Shown: positions 25,601 through 40,600 of the stretch, piece by piece
Position numbering within the stretch: position 1 is the stretch's first letter
Layout of the letters: every line of letters starts with the position of its first letter
NCBI GenBank assembly: GCA_032718475.1
Contig: JAUCBJ010004543.1
Coordinates: 1-64,000 of the forward strand
Direction: 5' to 3'
Origin: Nemertoderma westbladi
Taxonomy: Eukaryota; Animalia; Xenacoelomorpha
DNA: 64,000 bases
The notes under the pieces: generated by a model
Database searches by the model: none
Told to the model about the DNA's origin: nothing
The model's input: the letters and a program-made list of their open reading frames with translations, nothing else
Translations under genes and position numbers: made by a program

Positions 25601-28600
25601 TGAAACTGATATTGATAATGCCGAACATGCGAATAAGATATACAAAGTAGATCATAGTTCTATTGAAAAAGCAGTTTATCCAGAAGTGGCTACAGATGGA
25701 GTTTTGAAGCCGGAACATTTTAAACAGCCAGCTTTTTCTACTATAGATATTCGATCAGTAAAAGTTCCTGCACAACAGGCCATTTTGTTAGAAAATCCTC
25801 CATCTGATGATGTATTTGAAGAGGATGACACTGAATATGAGCTGATAATTACAGTCATGACATTAAAGAAAGATGTACTATCAGGTGTTCCTTTACGTAA
25901 AGTGATTTTAAAATCAACTGATAAAGGTGTTTCAAAAGAGAAAGATGTTGATATTGATAACCATGAGTTGGATGACTTAGAAATGATAGGTAGCCTCCCA
26001 AAGAATATAAGTGAACTCATTCTACGGAAAGAAAATATATGGCCTCTTTATAATTCGTCCATGACAGAAAGAGTGTTTGGATGTGTTAGTCAAGAGTTTC
26101 AATCCGTCTGTCAACGTTTGCAATCATTAACTCCTGAAAAAGTTATTCCCGTGCGATATGAAACGTATTTGGGTGAATCGGAGCGCTATGATATTGAAGT
26201 TGTCAAATTTCCACATCTAGAATTAACTGGGGATATTGACATTCCTGATAAATTAGTAGTAACTAGAGCTGTTATCCTGGACAATGACAAAGTGCAAGTC
26301 TCTCAAAGACATTCGCCGCAATCTCCACTTGTTCAATCATTTCTATCAGAATCTGTTTTGCAAAAATTAGATTTTGAAGAGCCTATTAACTACACTAATG
26401 TTGTTGAAGTTACACATGTATCAGCAACTTCCGAAGACATTACTACTACAGTGAAGATTAAGCCTTTCAAATCAACTCGAGATTTAATTCAATTTTTTCA
26501 AAGTTATGACGAGTATGAGTATACATTTAGTGTTGTGGAAACAACTATGACTCAGTCTGATAATGTTTCTGTTTTGATTCCAAAAAGAAATGTTTCCATT
26601 CAACCAATTGATATTCGTTCTGTGAAACGACCTCTCACACCGGACGTAGTTCCCGATTTTGAAGATCATGAGGCTATCATTGTAGATGATGAAGATTATG
26701 AATGTGAAATCACTGTTCTTACAATTAGGAGTGACACGAAGCCTGTTGAACCTTTAGGGTCTATAACATTGAAGCAAAAACATCATCAGGCAACTAAAGA
26801 TATTTTACTTCAACCTTTTGGCGATGAAATTAAAGGATATGAAACTCAAGGTAAAATTCCAAAGTTTACATCTGAGCTTATGGTAGGTACTAAAAATGTG
26901 TGGCAAAGTACAAAGCCTGAAATTAGTGCAAGCAAAGTCTTCGAAAGCATTGTAAGGGAAATCCACACTGTCAAGGAACTTCAAAATAGTGGAAATGTTT
27001 CATGTCAATTACAATTGGCCGATGAGGAATGTTCCATCGATATATATCGTTTTCCACAATCCCTTCATGATGAGTTTAATGAAGAAAAGGTTATTGTGAT
27101 ATCGTTAAATACAATTGATGAAAAAGGCCAACAAGTTTTTTTGCGAGAGCGTTATGCACCAGAATCAGCTCCTATCCAGGATCTGGTTTCAGAAGGTATT
27201 ATTCCCCTTGATATACTCAATCCCCAACTGGCTGTTGCTAATGTTTTTGAAACTACACACATTTTAATTACCCCTGAAGTAATTGAAGCAAGTGTTTCAA
27301 TAAAATCTGCCAGCTCTGAGACCTCAGTATCTAAATTGAAAGAATTATGTCAGATGTCAATGCAAGGTTCTTGTTTTGAGGAGCATAGTATTGATGAGAC
27401 AATTGAACATAAATATGAAGAAGTAGAATATGATGAGAAGATTTCAAAAGCGGAAGTAGATCTATTATTACCATCTGAAGTGGAAATGGCATTAACAAAA
27501 CCAGTATTAATGAGCCCCACTAAAGTTATGCTAAGAAGTGTTCGCCGTGGAGATGTTAATATTGATAATTCAGCACCTCCTGATACAACAAACATTAGTG
27601 ATTATGATGACTATGATATGACAATAACTGTACATACTAAAAGGGTTGAAGATGATATTGAGGAAGAGCTTATATTAGTAACAAAGCATGAAAGGGACGA
27701 GTTTGGTGAGCTTGTTGAACATCAAGAAGAATTTAAATATGATGACAAAGAACATCAAGAAAATTATACAACTCAGTTATTGGTTGATGTTCATCATAAG
27801 GAACATGCAGAATTATTAAGACGTAAGAAAGTGTATGAATTGATAGTTATTGATATGCTTAAAAGTGTTGAACTAACAGCTGCATTGGAACCTCAGTTGT
27901 TTCCACCATTACAGGAAATGAAAGCACACATACCGTGCAATATTGATGTTAGTGTTGTGACACAAACATCAATTGATTTAAGTGAACCACCAAAACAATT
28001 ATTTATTTTGGATGCTGATTTGGGTGCAGGATTATCTGTGAGGCGTAAATACAATATTAGTTATATAGATGTCAAGTCCTTAGTAGCTGAGGGTGCTATT
28101 TCACAAGAATTATTGCAAATCATTCCCCCTGAACCTAGTACACTACAGACTACTACCATTTCTACAACCCATGATGTAATTACTTCAAGAATCACATTAA
28201 AGTCAGGTATTGATGCAACGGAATTGTTTAACAGTTTAGTTGATATCCCTGAAGAACGAATTACATTTAAACCTTTGCAAGGTGAACAGGAAGTATATAT
28301 GACCTGCGTTTCTTCTGGCACAAATACTTTGTTACTTCATGGTCCAGGTGAAGTTCAAACAGAACAACTAATTGTCGAGGGTTCATATCCTCTATTTGGG
28401 CAACATATAGTTTCGGACCAGGTTACTTCTTCGCGAGTTCCAGATATCAAAGGTCCTATTATACCAATATCATCTATAAAGCATGGTAAAGCAGATATGA
28501 AATCTGTTGTAGTTGATAATACATCTATGATTTCTCACCCACCATTATCTTTAGAGTCAACAACAGTCACAAAACAGGCGGCTATAGCATCAGATAATGC

Positions 28601-31600
28601 TATTGAATTATGTATTGAAAGGGGTATGCCACATTTTGAATCGATTTCTATCAATGCTTCAGAACCATTTATTTCCAAACCTACTGAGATCCAGGAACTT
28701 TCATCTTCTACTATGCGTGATGTCTCTTTTACCTCAAATTTACAAACGCCTGATGCCAGAGCATTCGCTCTTCCAGATGGTATTCCTATTGAAGAATCTC
28801 ATAGTATTCCAGAAGAAGCAACATTAGTTGATTCTTCTATTGAAACATTTGAACCTCGAGCTCTTCCTCCTATTGTTCCAGAAGAAGTTTCTTCTAGAGG
28901 AATTTCAAAGGTGGAGGCAGTTCCTATTGAAGGTGTTGAGATTCAAGCTGAACCTCATATTGCAACTGAATATGTTTCCCAAATATTACAACCTGTTACT
29001 GAAGAGAGAGGTATACCTGAACAAGCGAAGCTTAGGGGACAACCAGTTCCACAACAATTAGAAACATTTGATGTTGAGCATCTTCCACAGCAGGTCACAG
29101 AGATGGATACTACTTCTCCAACACATATATCATCTGTGTTTACTGAACCGATTTCACAACATGAAACTGTATTGGGAGCTCCTCTACCAGAGCATGTTGA
29201 TATTGACAGTACAACTCCATTATATGAGACACCAGTAGATTTGAATAAATCGCTTTATTCTGATATCCATGACACTACTGAAGAAGCACATCCTGTGAAA
29301 CCAGTTGTAGAAGGCATGGCAGAATCTGATATTGTACAACTTACAGAATCATCCATCATTCCCAAACAATTAATGAAGTATGAACAAACTGTTTCGGAAA
29401 AAGTATTACATGATGTTAAACAGCCACATGTGCAACAACATTTAATTTTAGGTGAATATGAACCAGAACAAGTTCCAGTAGAAGGATTAGAGCCATTACC
29501 TAAACACCAGGTTTTATCTGAAGAGGTTAGTTCGTCTAGGTTACCCAATATAAAGGAGCCAGTTAATCCATTGAAAGCTACTGAATATGGAAAAGGAGAG
29601 CCTAAATCTATTCCAGTTGCTCATGCAGCTGATATTCCTCAAGTGCCAATCTCTTTTGAGTCAACCACAGAGTCGAAACTACCTCCTGTAGAATCAGATA
29701 AATTTGTTGAAATATGCACTGAAAGGGGTCTTCCACATTCTGAATCGATTTATATAGATGCATCAGAACCATTTATTTCCAAACCTACTGAGGTCCAGGA
29801 ACTTCCATCTTCTATTATCCGTGATGACACTTTAACCTCATATTTACAAATGCCTGATGCGAGAGCATTAGCTCTTCCAGAAGGTATTCCTATTGAAGAA
29901 TCTACTAGTATTCCTGCAGAAGTAACATTAGTTGATTCTTCTATTGAAACATTTGAACCTCGAGCTCTTCCTCCTATTGTTCCAGAAGAAGTTTCTTCTC
30001 ATGGAATTTCGAAATTGGAAACAGTCCCTATTGAAGGTGTTGAGCCTCAAGCTGAACCTCATATTGCAACTGAATATGTTTCCAAAATGTTACAACCTGT
30101 TACTGAAGAGAGAGGTATACCTGAACAAGCAAAGCTTAGGGGACAACCAGTTCCACAACAATTAGAAACATTTGATGTTGAGCATCTTCCACAGCAGGTC
30201 ACAGAGATGGATACTACTTCTCCAACACATATATCATCTGTGTTTACTGAACCGATTTCACAACATGAAACTATATTGGGAACCCCTCTACCAGAACATG
30301 TGGATATTGAAGGGACAACTCCATTATATGAGACACCAGTAGATTTGAATAAATTACTTTATTCTGATATCCATGACACTACTGAAGAAGCACATCCCGT
30401 CAAACCAGTTGTAGAAGGCATGGCAGAATCTGTTATGGTACAACTTACAGAATCAACCATTATTCCCAAACAATCATTGAGTTATGAAGAAACTGTTTCT
30501 GAAAAAGTATTGCCTGATATCAAGCATCCTCAGTTGGAACAGCCATTAATTTACGGACAATATGAACTGGAACAAGTACCAGTAGAAGGGTCAGAGCCAT
30601 TACCTAAACATCAGGTTTTATCTGAAGAGGTTAGTTCGTCTAGGTTACCCAATATAAAGGAGCCAGTTACTCCATTGAAAGCTACTGAATATGGAAAAGG
30701 AGAGCCTAAATCTATTCCAGTTGCTCATGCAGCTGATATTCCTCAAGTGCCAATCTCTTTTGAGTCAACCACGGAGTCGAAACTACCTCCTGTAGAATCA
30801 GATAAATTTATTGAAATATGCACTGAAAGGGGTCTTCCACAGTCTGAATCAATTTCCATTGATGCAGCAGAACCATTTATTTCCAAACCTACTGAAATCC
30901 AGGAACTTTCATCTTCTACTATGCGTGATGTCACTTTATCCTCAAATTTACAAACGCCTGATGCGAGAGCATTAGCTCTTCCAGAAGGTATTCCTATTGA
31001 AGAATCTACTAGTATTCCTGCAGAAGTAACATTAGTTGATTCTTCTATTGAAACATTTGAACCTCGAGCTCTTCCTCCTATTGTTCCAGAAGAAGTTTCT
31101 TCTCATGGAATTTCGAAATTGGAAACAGTCCCTATTGAAGGTGTTGAGCCTCAAGCTGAACCTCATATTGCAACTGAATATGTTTCCCAAATATTACAAC
31201 CTGTTACTGAAGAGAGAGGTAGACCTGAACAAGCGAAGCTTAGGGGACAACCAGTTCCACAACAATTAGAAACATTTGATGTTGAGCATCTTCCACAGCA
31301 GGTCACAGAGATGGATACTACTTCTCCAACACATATATCATCTGTGTTTACTGAACCGATTTCACAACATGAAACTATATTGGGAACCCCTCTACCAAAA
31401 CATGTGGATATTGAAGGTACAACTCCATTATATGAGACACCAGTAGATTTGAATAAATTGCTTTATTCTGATATCCATGACACTACTGAAGAAGCACATC
31501 CCGTGAAACCTGTTATAGAAGGCATGGCAGAATCTGTTACGGTACAACTTACAGAATCAACCATCATTCCCAAACAATCATTGAGTTATGAAGAAACTGT

Positions 31601-34600
31601 TTCTGAAAAAGTATTACCTGATATCAAGCATCCTCAGTTGGAACAGCCATTAATTTACGGACAATATGAACCGGAACAAGTACCACTAGAAGGGTCAGAG
31701 CCATTACCTAAACATCAGGTTTTATCTGAAGAGGTTAGTTCGTCTAGGTTACCCAATATAAAGGAGCCAGTTACTCCATTGAAAGCTACTGAATATGGAA
31801 AAGGAGAGCCTAAATCTATTCCAGTTGCTCATGCAGCTGATATTCCTCAAGTGCCAATCTCTTTTGAGTCAACCACGGAGTCGAAACTACCTCCTGTAGA
31901 ATCAGATAAATTTATTGAAATATGCACTGAAAGGGGTCTTCCACAGTCTGAATCAATTTCCATTGATGCAGCAGAACCATTTATTTCCAAACCTACTGAA
32001 ATCCAGGAACTTTCATCTTCTACTATGCGTGATGTCACTTTATCCTCAAATTTACAAACGCCTGATGCGAGAGCATTAGCTCTTCCAGAAGGTATTCCTA
32101 TTGAAGAATCTACTAGTATTCCTGCAGAAGTAACATTAGTTGATTCTTCTATTGAAACATTTGAACCTCGAGCTCTTCCTCCTATTGTTCCAGAAGAAGT
32201 TTCTTCTCATGGAATTTCGAAATTGGAAACAGTCCCTATTGAAGGTGTTGAGCCTCAAGCTGAACCTCATATTGCAACTGAATATGTTTCCCAAATATTA
32301 CAACCTGTTACTGAAGAGAGAGGTAGACCTGAACAAGCGAAGCTTAGGGGACAACCAGTTCCACAACAATTAGAAACATTTGATGTTGAGCATCTTCCAC
32401 AGCAGGTCACAGAGATGGATACTACTTCTCCAACACATATATCATCTGTGTTTACTGAACCGATTTCACAACATGAAACTATATTGGGAACCCCTCTACC
32501 AAAACATGTGGATATTGAAGGTACAACTCCATTATATGAGACACCAGTAGATTTGAATAAATTGCTTTATTCTGATATCCATGACACTACTGAAGAAGCA
32601 CATCCCGTGAAACCTGTTATAGAAGGCATGGCAGAATCTGTTACGGTACAACTTACAGAATCAACCATCATTCCCAAACAATCATTGAGTTATGAAGAAA
32701 CTGTTTCTGAAAAAGTATTACCTGATATCAAGCATCCTCAGTTGGAACAGCCATTAATTTACGGACAATATGAACCGGAACAAGTACCACTAGAAGGGTC
32801 AGAGCCATTACCTAAACATCAGGTTTTATCTGAAGAGGTTAGTTCGTCTAGGTTACCCAATATAAAGGAGCCAGTTACTCCATTGAAAGCTACTGAATAT
32901 GGAAAAGGAGAGCCTAAATCTATTCCAGTTGCTCATGCAGCTGATATTCCTCAAGTGCCAATCTCTTTTGAGTCAACCACAGAGTCGAAACTACCTCCTG
33001 TAGAATCAGATAAATTTATTGAAATATGCACTGAAAGGGGTCTTCCACAGTCTGAATCAATTTCCATCGATGCAGCAGAACCATTTATTTCCAAACCTAC
33101 TGAAATCCAGGAACTTTCATCTTCTACTATGCGTGATGTCACTTTATCCTCAAATTTACAAATGCCTGATGCGAGAGCATTAGCTCTTCCAGAAGGTATT
33201 CCTATTGAAGAATCTACTAGTATTCCTGCAGAAGTAACATTAGTTGATTCTTCTATTGAAACATTTGAACCTCGAGCTCTTCCTCCTATTGTTCCAGAAG
33301 AAGTTTCTTCTCATGGAATTTCGAAATTGGAAACAGTCCCTATTGAAGGTGTTGAGCCTCAAGCTGAACCTCATATTGCAACTGAATATGTTTCCAAAAT
33401 GTTACAACCTGTTACTGAAGAGAGAGGTATACCTGAACAAGCAAAGCTTAGGGGACAACCAGTTCCACAACAATTAGAAACATTTGATGTTGAGCATCTT
33501 CCACAGCAGGTCACAGAGATGGATACTACTTCTCCAACACATATATCATCTGTGTTTACTGAACCGATTTCACAACATGAAACTATATTGGGAACCCCTC
33601 TACCAGAACATGTGGATATTGAAGGGACAACTCCATTATATGAGACACCAGTAGATTTGAATAAATTACTTTATTCTGATATCCATGACACTACTGAAGA
33701 AGCACATCCCGTCAAACCAGTTGTAGAAGGCATGGCAGAATCTGTTATGGTACAACTTACAGAATCAACCATTATTCCCAAACAATCATTGAGTTATGAA
33801 GAAACTGTTTCTGAAAAAGTATTGCCTGATATCAAGCATCCTCAGTTGGAACAGCCATTAATTTTAGGAAAATATGAACCAGAACAAGTACCAGTAGAAG
33901 GATCAGAGCCATTACCTAAACATCAGGTTTTATCTGAAGAGGTTAGTTCGTCTAGGTTACCCAATATAAAGGAGCCAGTTACTCCATTGAAAGCTACTGA
34001 ATATGGAAAAGGAGAGCCTAAATCTATTCCAGTTGCTCATGCAGCTGATATTCCTCAAGTGCCAATCTCTTTTGAGTCAACCACGGAGTCGAAACTACCT
34101 CCTGTAGAATCAGATAAATTTATTGAAATATGCACTGAAAGGGGTCTTCCACAGTCTGAATCAATTTCCATTGATGCAGCAGAACCATTTATTTCCAAAC
34201 CTTCTGAAATCCAGGAACTTTCATCTTCTACTATGCGTGATGTCACTTTATCCTCAAATTTACAAACGCCTGATGCGAGAGCATTAGCTCTTCCAGAAGG
34301 TATTCCTATTGAAGAATCTACTAGTATTCCTGCAGAAGTAACATTAGTTGATTCTTCTATTGAAACATTTGAACCTCGAGCTCTTCCTCCTATTGTTCCA
34401 GAAGAAGTTTCTTCTCATGGAATTTCGAAATTGGAAACAGTCCCTATTGAAGGTGTTGAGCCTCAAGCTGAACCTCATATTGCAACTGAATATGTTTCCA
34501 AAATGTTACAACCTGTTACTGAAGAGAGAGGTATACCTGAACAAGCAAAGCTTAGGGGACAACCAGTTCCACAACAATTAGAAACATTTGATGTTGAGCA

Positions 34601-37600
34601 TCTTCCACAGCAGGTCACAGAGATGGATACTACTTCTCCAACACATATATCATCTGTGTTTACTGAACCGATTTCACAACATGAAACTATATTGGGAACC
34701 CCTCTACCAGAACATGTGGATATTGAAGGGACAACTCCATTATATGAGACACCAGTAGATTTGAATAAATTACTTTATTCTGATATCCATGACACTACTG
34801 AAGAAGCACATCCTGTCAAACCAGTTGTAGAAGGCATGGCAGAATCTGTTACGGTACAACTTACAGAATCAACCATCATTCCCAAACAATCATTGAGTTA
34901 TGAAGAAACTGTTTCTGAAAAAGTATTACCTGATATCAAGCATCCTCAGTTGGAACAGCCATTAATTTACGGACAATATGAACCGGAACAAGTACCACTA
35001 GAAGGGTCAGAGCCATTACCTAAACATCAGGTTTTATCTGAAGAGGTTAGTTCGTCTAGGTTACCCAATATAAAGGAGCCAGTTACTCCATTGAAAGCTA
35101 CTGAATATGGAAAAGGAGAGCCTAAATCTATTCCAGTTGCTCATGCAGCTGATATTCCTCAAGTGCCAATCTCTTTTGAGTCAACCACAGAGTCGAAACT
35201 ACCTCCTGTAGAATCAGATAAATTTATTGAAATATGCACTGAAAGGGGTCTTCCACAGTCTGAATCAATTTCCATCGATGCAGCAGAACCATTTATTTCC
35301 AAACCTACTGAAATCCAGGAACTTTCATCTTCTACTATGCGTGATGTCACTTTATCCTCAAATTTACAAATGCCTGATGCGAGAGCATTAGCTCTTCCAG
35401 AAGGTATTCCTATTGAAGAATCTACTAGTATTCCTGCAGAAGTAACATTAGTTGATTCTTCTATTGAAACATTTGAACCTCGAGCTCTTCCTCCTATTGT
35501 TCCAGAAGAAGTTTCTTCTCATGGAATTTCGAAATTGGAAACAGTCCCTATTGAAGGTGTTGAGCCTCAAGCTGAACCTCATATTGCAACTGAATATGTT
35601 TCCAAAATGTTACAACCTGTTACTGAAGAGAGAGGTATACCTGAACAAGCAAAGCTTAGGGGACAACCAGTTCCACAACAATTAGAAACATTTGATGTTG
35701 AGCATCTTCCACAGCAGGTCACAGAGATGGATACTACTTCTCCAACACATATATCATCTGTGTTTACTGAACCGATTTCACAACATGAAACTATATTGGG
35801 AACCCCTCTACCAGAACATGTGGATATTGAAGGGACAACTCCATTATATGAGACACCAGTAGATTTGAATAAATTACTTTATTCTGATATCCATGACACT
35901 ACTGAAGAAGCACATCCCGTCAAACCAGTTGTAGAAGGCATGGCAGAATCTGTTATGGTACAACTTACAGAATCAACCATTATTCCCAAACAATCATTGA
36001 GTTATGAAGAAACTGTTTCTGAAAAAGTATTGCCTGATATCAAGCATCCTCAGTTGGAACAGCCATTAATTTTAGGAAAATATGAACCAGAACAAGTACC
36101 AGTAGAAGGATCAGAGCCATTACCTAAACATCAGGTTTTATCTGAAGAGGTTAGTTCGTCTAGGTTACCCAATATAAAGGAGCCAGTTACTCCATTGAAA
36201 GCTACTGAATATGGAAAAGGAGAGCCTAAATCTATTCCAGTTGCTCATGCAGCTGATATTCCTCAAGTGCCAATCTCTTTTGAGTCAACCACGGAGTCGA
36301 AACTACCTCCTGTAGAATCAGATAAATTTATTGAAATATGCACTGAAAGGGGTCTTCCACAGTCTGAATCAATTTCCATTGATGCAGCAGAACCATTTAT
36401 TTCCAAACCTTCTGAAATCCAGGAACTTTCATCTTCTACTATGCGTGATGTCACTTTATCCTCAAATTTACAAACGCCTGATGCGAGAGCATTAGCTCTT
36501 CCAGAAGGTATTCCTATTGAAGAATCTACTAGTATTCCTGCAGAAGTAACATTAGTTGATTCTTCTATTGAAACATTTGAACCTCGAGCTCTTCCTCCTA
36601 TTGTTCCAGAAGAAGTTTCTTCTCATGGAATTTCGAAATTGGAAACAGTCCCTATTGAAGGTGTTGAGCCTCAAGCTGAACCTCATATTGCAACTGAATA
36701 TGTTTCCAAAATGTTACAACCTGTTACTGAAGAGAGAGGTATACCTGAACAAGCAAAGCTTAGGGGACAACCAGTTCCACAACAATTAGAAACATTTGAT
36801 GTTGAGCATCTTCCACAGCAGGTCACAGAGATGGATACTACTTCTCCAACACATATATCATCTGTGTTTACTGAACCGATTTCACAACATGAAACTATAT
36901 TGGGAACCCCTCTACCAGAACATGTGGATATTGAAGGGACAACTCCATTATATGAGACACCAGTAGATTTGAATAAATTACTTTATTCTGATATCCATGA
37001 CATTACTGAAGAAGCACATCCCGTCAAACCAGTTGTAGAAGGCATGGCAGAATCTGTTATGGTACAACTTACAGAATCAACCATTATTCCCAAACAATCA
37101 TTGAGTTATGAAGAAACTGTTTCTGAAAAAGTATTGCCTGATATCAAGCATCCTCAGTTGGAACAGCCATTAATTTTAGGAAAATATGAACCAGAACAAG
37201 TACCAGTAGAAGGATCAGAGCCATTACCTAAACATCAGGTTTTATCTGAAGAGGTTAGTTCGTCTAGGTTACCCAATATAAAGGAGCCAGTTACTCCATT
37301 GAAAGCTACTGAATATGGAAAAGGAGAGCCTAAATCTATTCCAGTTGCTCATGCAGCTGATATTCCTCACGTGCCAATCTATTTTGAGTCAACCACAGAG
37401 TCAAAACTACCCCCTGTAGAATCAGATAAATTTGTTGAAATATGCACTGAAAGGGGTCTTCCACATTCTGAATCGATTTATATAGATGCATCAGAACCAT
37501 TTATTTCCAAGCATACTGAGGTCCAGGAACTTCCATCTTCTATTATCCGTGATGACACTTTAACCTCATATTTACAAATGCCTGATGCGAGAGCATTAGC

Positions 37601-40600
37601 TCTTCCAGAAGGTATTCCTATTGAAGAATCTACTAGTATTCCTGCAGAAGTAACATTAGTTGATTCTTCTATTGAAACATTTGAACATCGAGCTCTTCCT
37701 CCTATTGTTCCAGAAGAAGTTTCTTCTCATGGAATTTCGAAATTGGAAACAGTCCCTATAGAAGGTGTTGAGCCTCAAGCTGAACCTCATATTGCAACTG
37801 AATATGTTTCCCAAATATTACAACCTGTTACTGAAGAGAGAGGTAGACCTGAACAAGCGAAGCTTAGGGGACAACCAGTTCCACAACAATTAGAAACATT
37901 TGATGTTGAGCATCTTCCACAGCAGGTCACAGAGATGGATACTACTTCTCCGACACATATATCATCTGTGTTTACTGAACCGATTTCACAACATGAAACT
38001 ATATTGGGAACCCCTCTACCAGAACATGTGGATATTGAAGGTACAACTCCATTATATGAGACACCAGTAGATTTGAATAAATTGCTTTATTCTGATATCC
38101 ATGACACTACTGAAGAAGCACATCCCGTGAAACCAGTTATAGAAGGCATGGCAGAATCTGTTACGGTACAACTTACAGAATCAACCAGCATTCCCAAACA
38201 ATCATTGAGTTATGAAGAAACTGTTTCTGAAAAAGTATTACCTGATATCAAGCATCCTCAGTTGGAACAGCCATTAATTTACGGACAATATGAACTGGAA
38301 CAAGTACCAGTAGAAGGGTCAGAGCCATTACCTAAACATCAGGTTTTATCTGAAGAGGTTAGTTCGTCTAGGTTACCCAATATAAAGGAGCCAGTTACTC
38401 CATTGAAAGCTACTGAATATGGAAAAGGAGAGCCTAAATCTATTCCAGTTGCTCATGCAGCTGATATTCCTCAAGTGCCAATCTCTTTTGAGTCAACCAC
38501 GGAGTCGAAACTACCTCCTGTAGAATCAGATAAATTTATTCAAATATGCACTGAAAGGGGTCTTCCACAGTCTGAATCAATTTCCATTGATGCAGCAGAA
38601 CCATTTATTTCCAAACCTACTGAAATCCAGGAACTTTCATCTTCTACTATGCGTGATGTCACTTTATCCTCAAATTTACAAACGCCTGATGCGAGAGCAT
38701 TAGCTCTTCCAGAAGGTATTCCTATTGAAGAATCTACTAGTATTCCTGCAGAAGTAACATTAGTTGATTCTTCTATTGAAACATTTGAACCTCGAGCTCT
38801 TCCTCCTATTGTTCCAGAAGAAGTTTCTTCTCATGGAATTTCGAAATTGGAAACAGTCCCTATTGAAGGTGTTGAGCCTCAAGCTGAACCTCATATTGCA
38901 ACTGAATATGTTTCCAAAATGTTACAACCTGTTACTGAAGAGAGAGGTATACCTGAACAAGCAAAGCTTAGGGGACAACCAGTTCCACAACAATTAGAAA
39001 CATTTGATGTTGAGCATCTTCCACAGCAGGTCACAGAGATGGATACTACTTCTCCAACACATATATCATCTGTGTTTACTGAACCGATTTTACAACATGA
39101 AACTATATTGGGAACCCCTCAACCAGAACATGTGGATATTGAAGGGACAACTCCATTATATGAGACACCAGTAGATTTGAATAAATTACTTTATTCTGAT
39201 ATCCATGACACTACTGAAGAAGCACATCCCGTCAAACCAGTTGTAGAAGGCATGGCAGAATCTGTTATGGTACAACTTACAGAATCAACCATTATTCCCA
39301 AACAATCATTGAGTTATGAAGAAACTGTTTCTGAAATAGTATTGCCTGATATCAAGCATCCTCAGTTGGAACAGCCATTAATTTTAGGACAATATGAACC
39401 AGAACAAGTACCAGTAGAAGGATCAGAGCCATTACCTAAACATCAGGTTTTATCTGAAGAGGTTAGTTCGTCTAGGTTACCCGATATAAAGGAGCCAGTT
39501 ACTCCATTGAAAGCTACTGAATATGGAAAAGGAGAGCCTAAATCTATTCCAGTTGCTCATGCAGCTGATATTCCTCAAGTGCCAATCTCTTTTGAGTCAA
39601 CCACAGAGTCAAAACTACCCCCTGTAGAATCAGATAAATTTGTAGAAATATGCACTGAAAGGGGTCTTCCACTTTCTGAATCGATTTCTATTGATGCATC
39701 AGAACCAGTTATTTCCAAACCTACTGAGATCCAGGAACTTTCATCTTCTATTATACGTGATGAAACTTTGACCTCAAATTTACAAACGCCTGATGCTAGA
39801 GCATTTGGTCTTCCAGGTGGTATTCCTATTGAAGAATCTACTAGTATTCCTAAAGAAGCAACATTAGTTGATTCTTCTATTGAAACATTTGAACCTCAAG
39901 CGTTTCCTCCTATTGTTCCAGATGAAGTTTCTTCTAGAGGAATATCAAAGATGGAGGCAGTTCCTATTGAAGATGTGGAGATTCAAATGAAGCCATATAT
40001 TGCAACTGAATATGTTTCAATGAAGTCAATGCCATTCGCTGAAGAAAGAAGTTTACTTAGTAATAAGTCTGAACAATGGGGAAGACCTGCTCCACACAAT
40101 TTAGAAACGTTTGATGTACAACATCTTTCACAAGATGTATTAGAAATGGATGCCACTTCCCCAACTCAGATTGTTTCAGTATGTTCTAAACCCTCCACAC
40201 AACTTGAAGTCGTTTTGGGAGCTCCTCTTCCAGAAACCATTGTTATTGAAGGAACTACACCATTTAATGAAATGCCAGTTGATTTGAATAAATTGCTTTA
40301 TTATAATATCCATGACACTACTGAAGAGGCACAGCATGCCAAACCAATAGTGGAAGGCATTGCAGAATCTGATATGGTACAACTTACAGAATCATCCATC
40401 ATTCCCAAACAATTAATGAAGTATGAACAAACTGTTTCGGAAAAAGTATTACATGATGTTAAACAGCCACATGTGCAACAACATTTAATTTTAGGTGAAT
40501 ATGAACCAGAACAAGTTCCAGTAGAAGGATTAGAGCCATTACCTAAACACCAGGTTTTATCTGAAGAGGTTAGTTCGTCTAGGTTACCTGATATAAAAGA

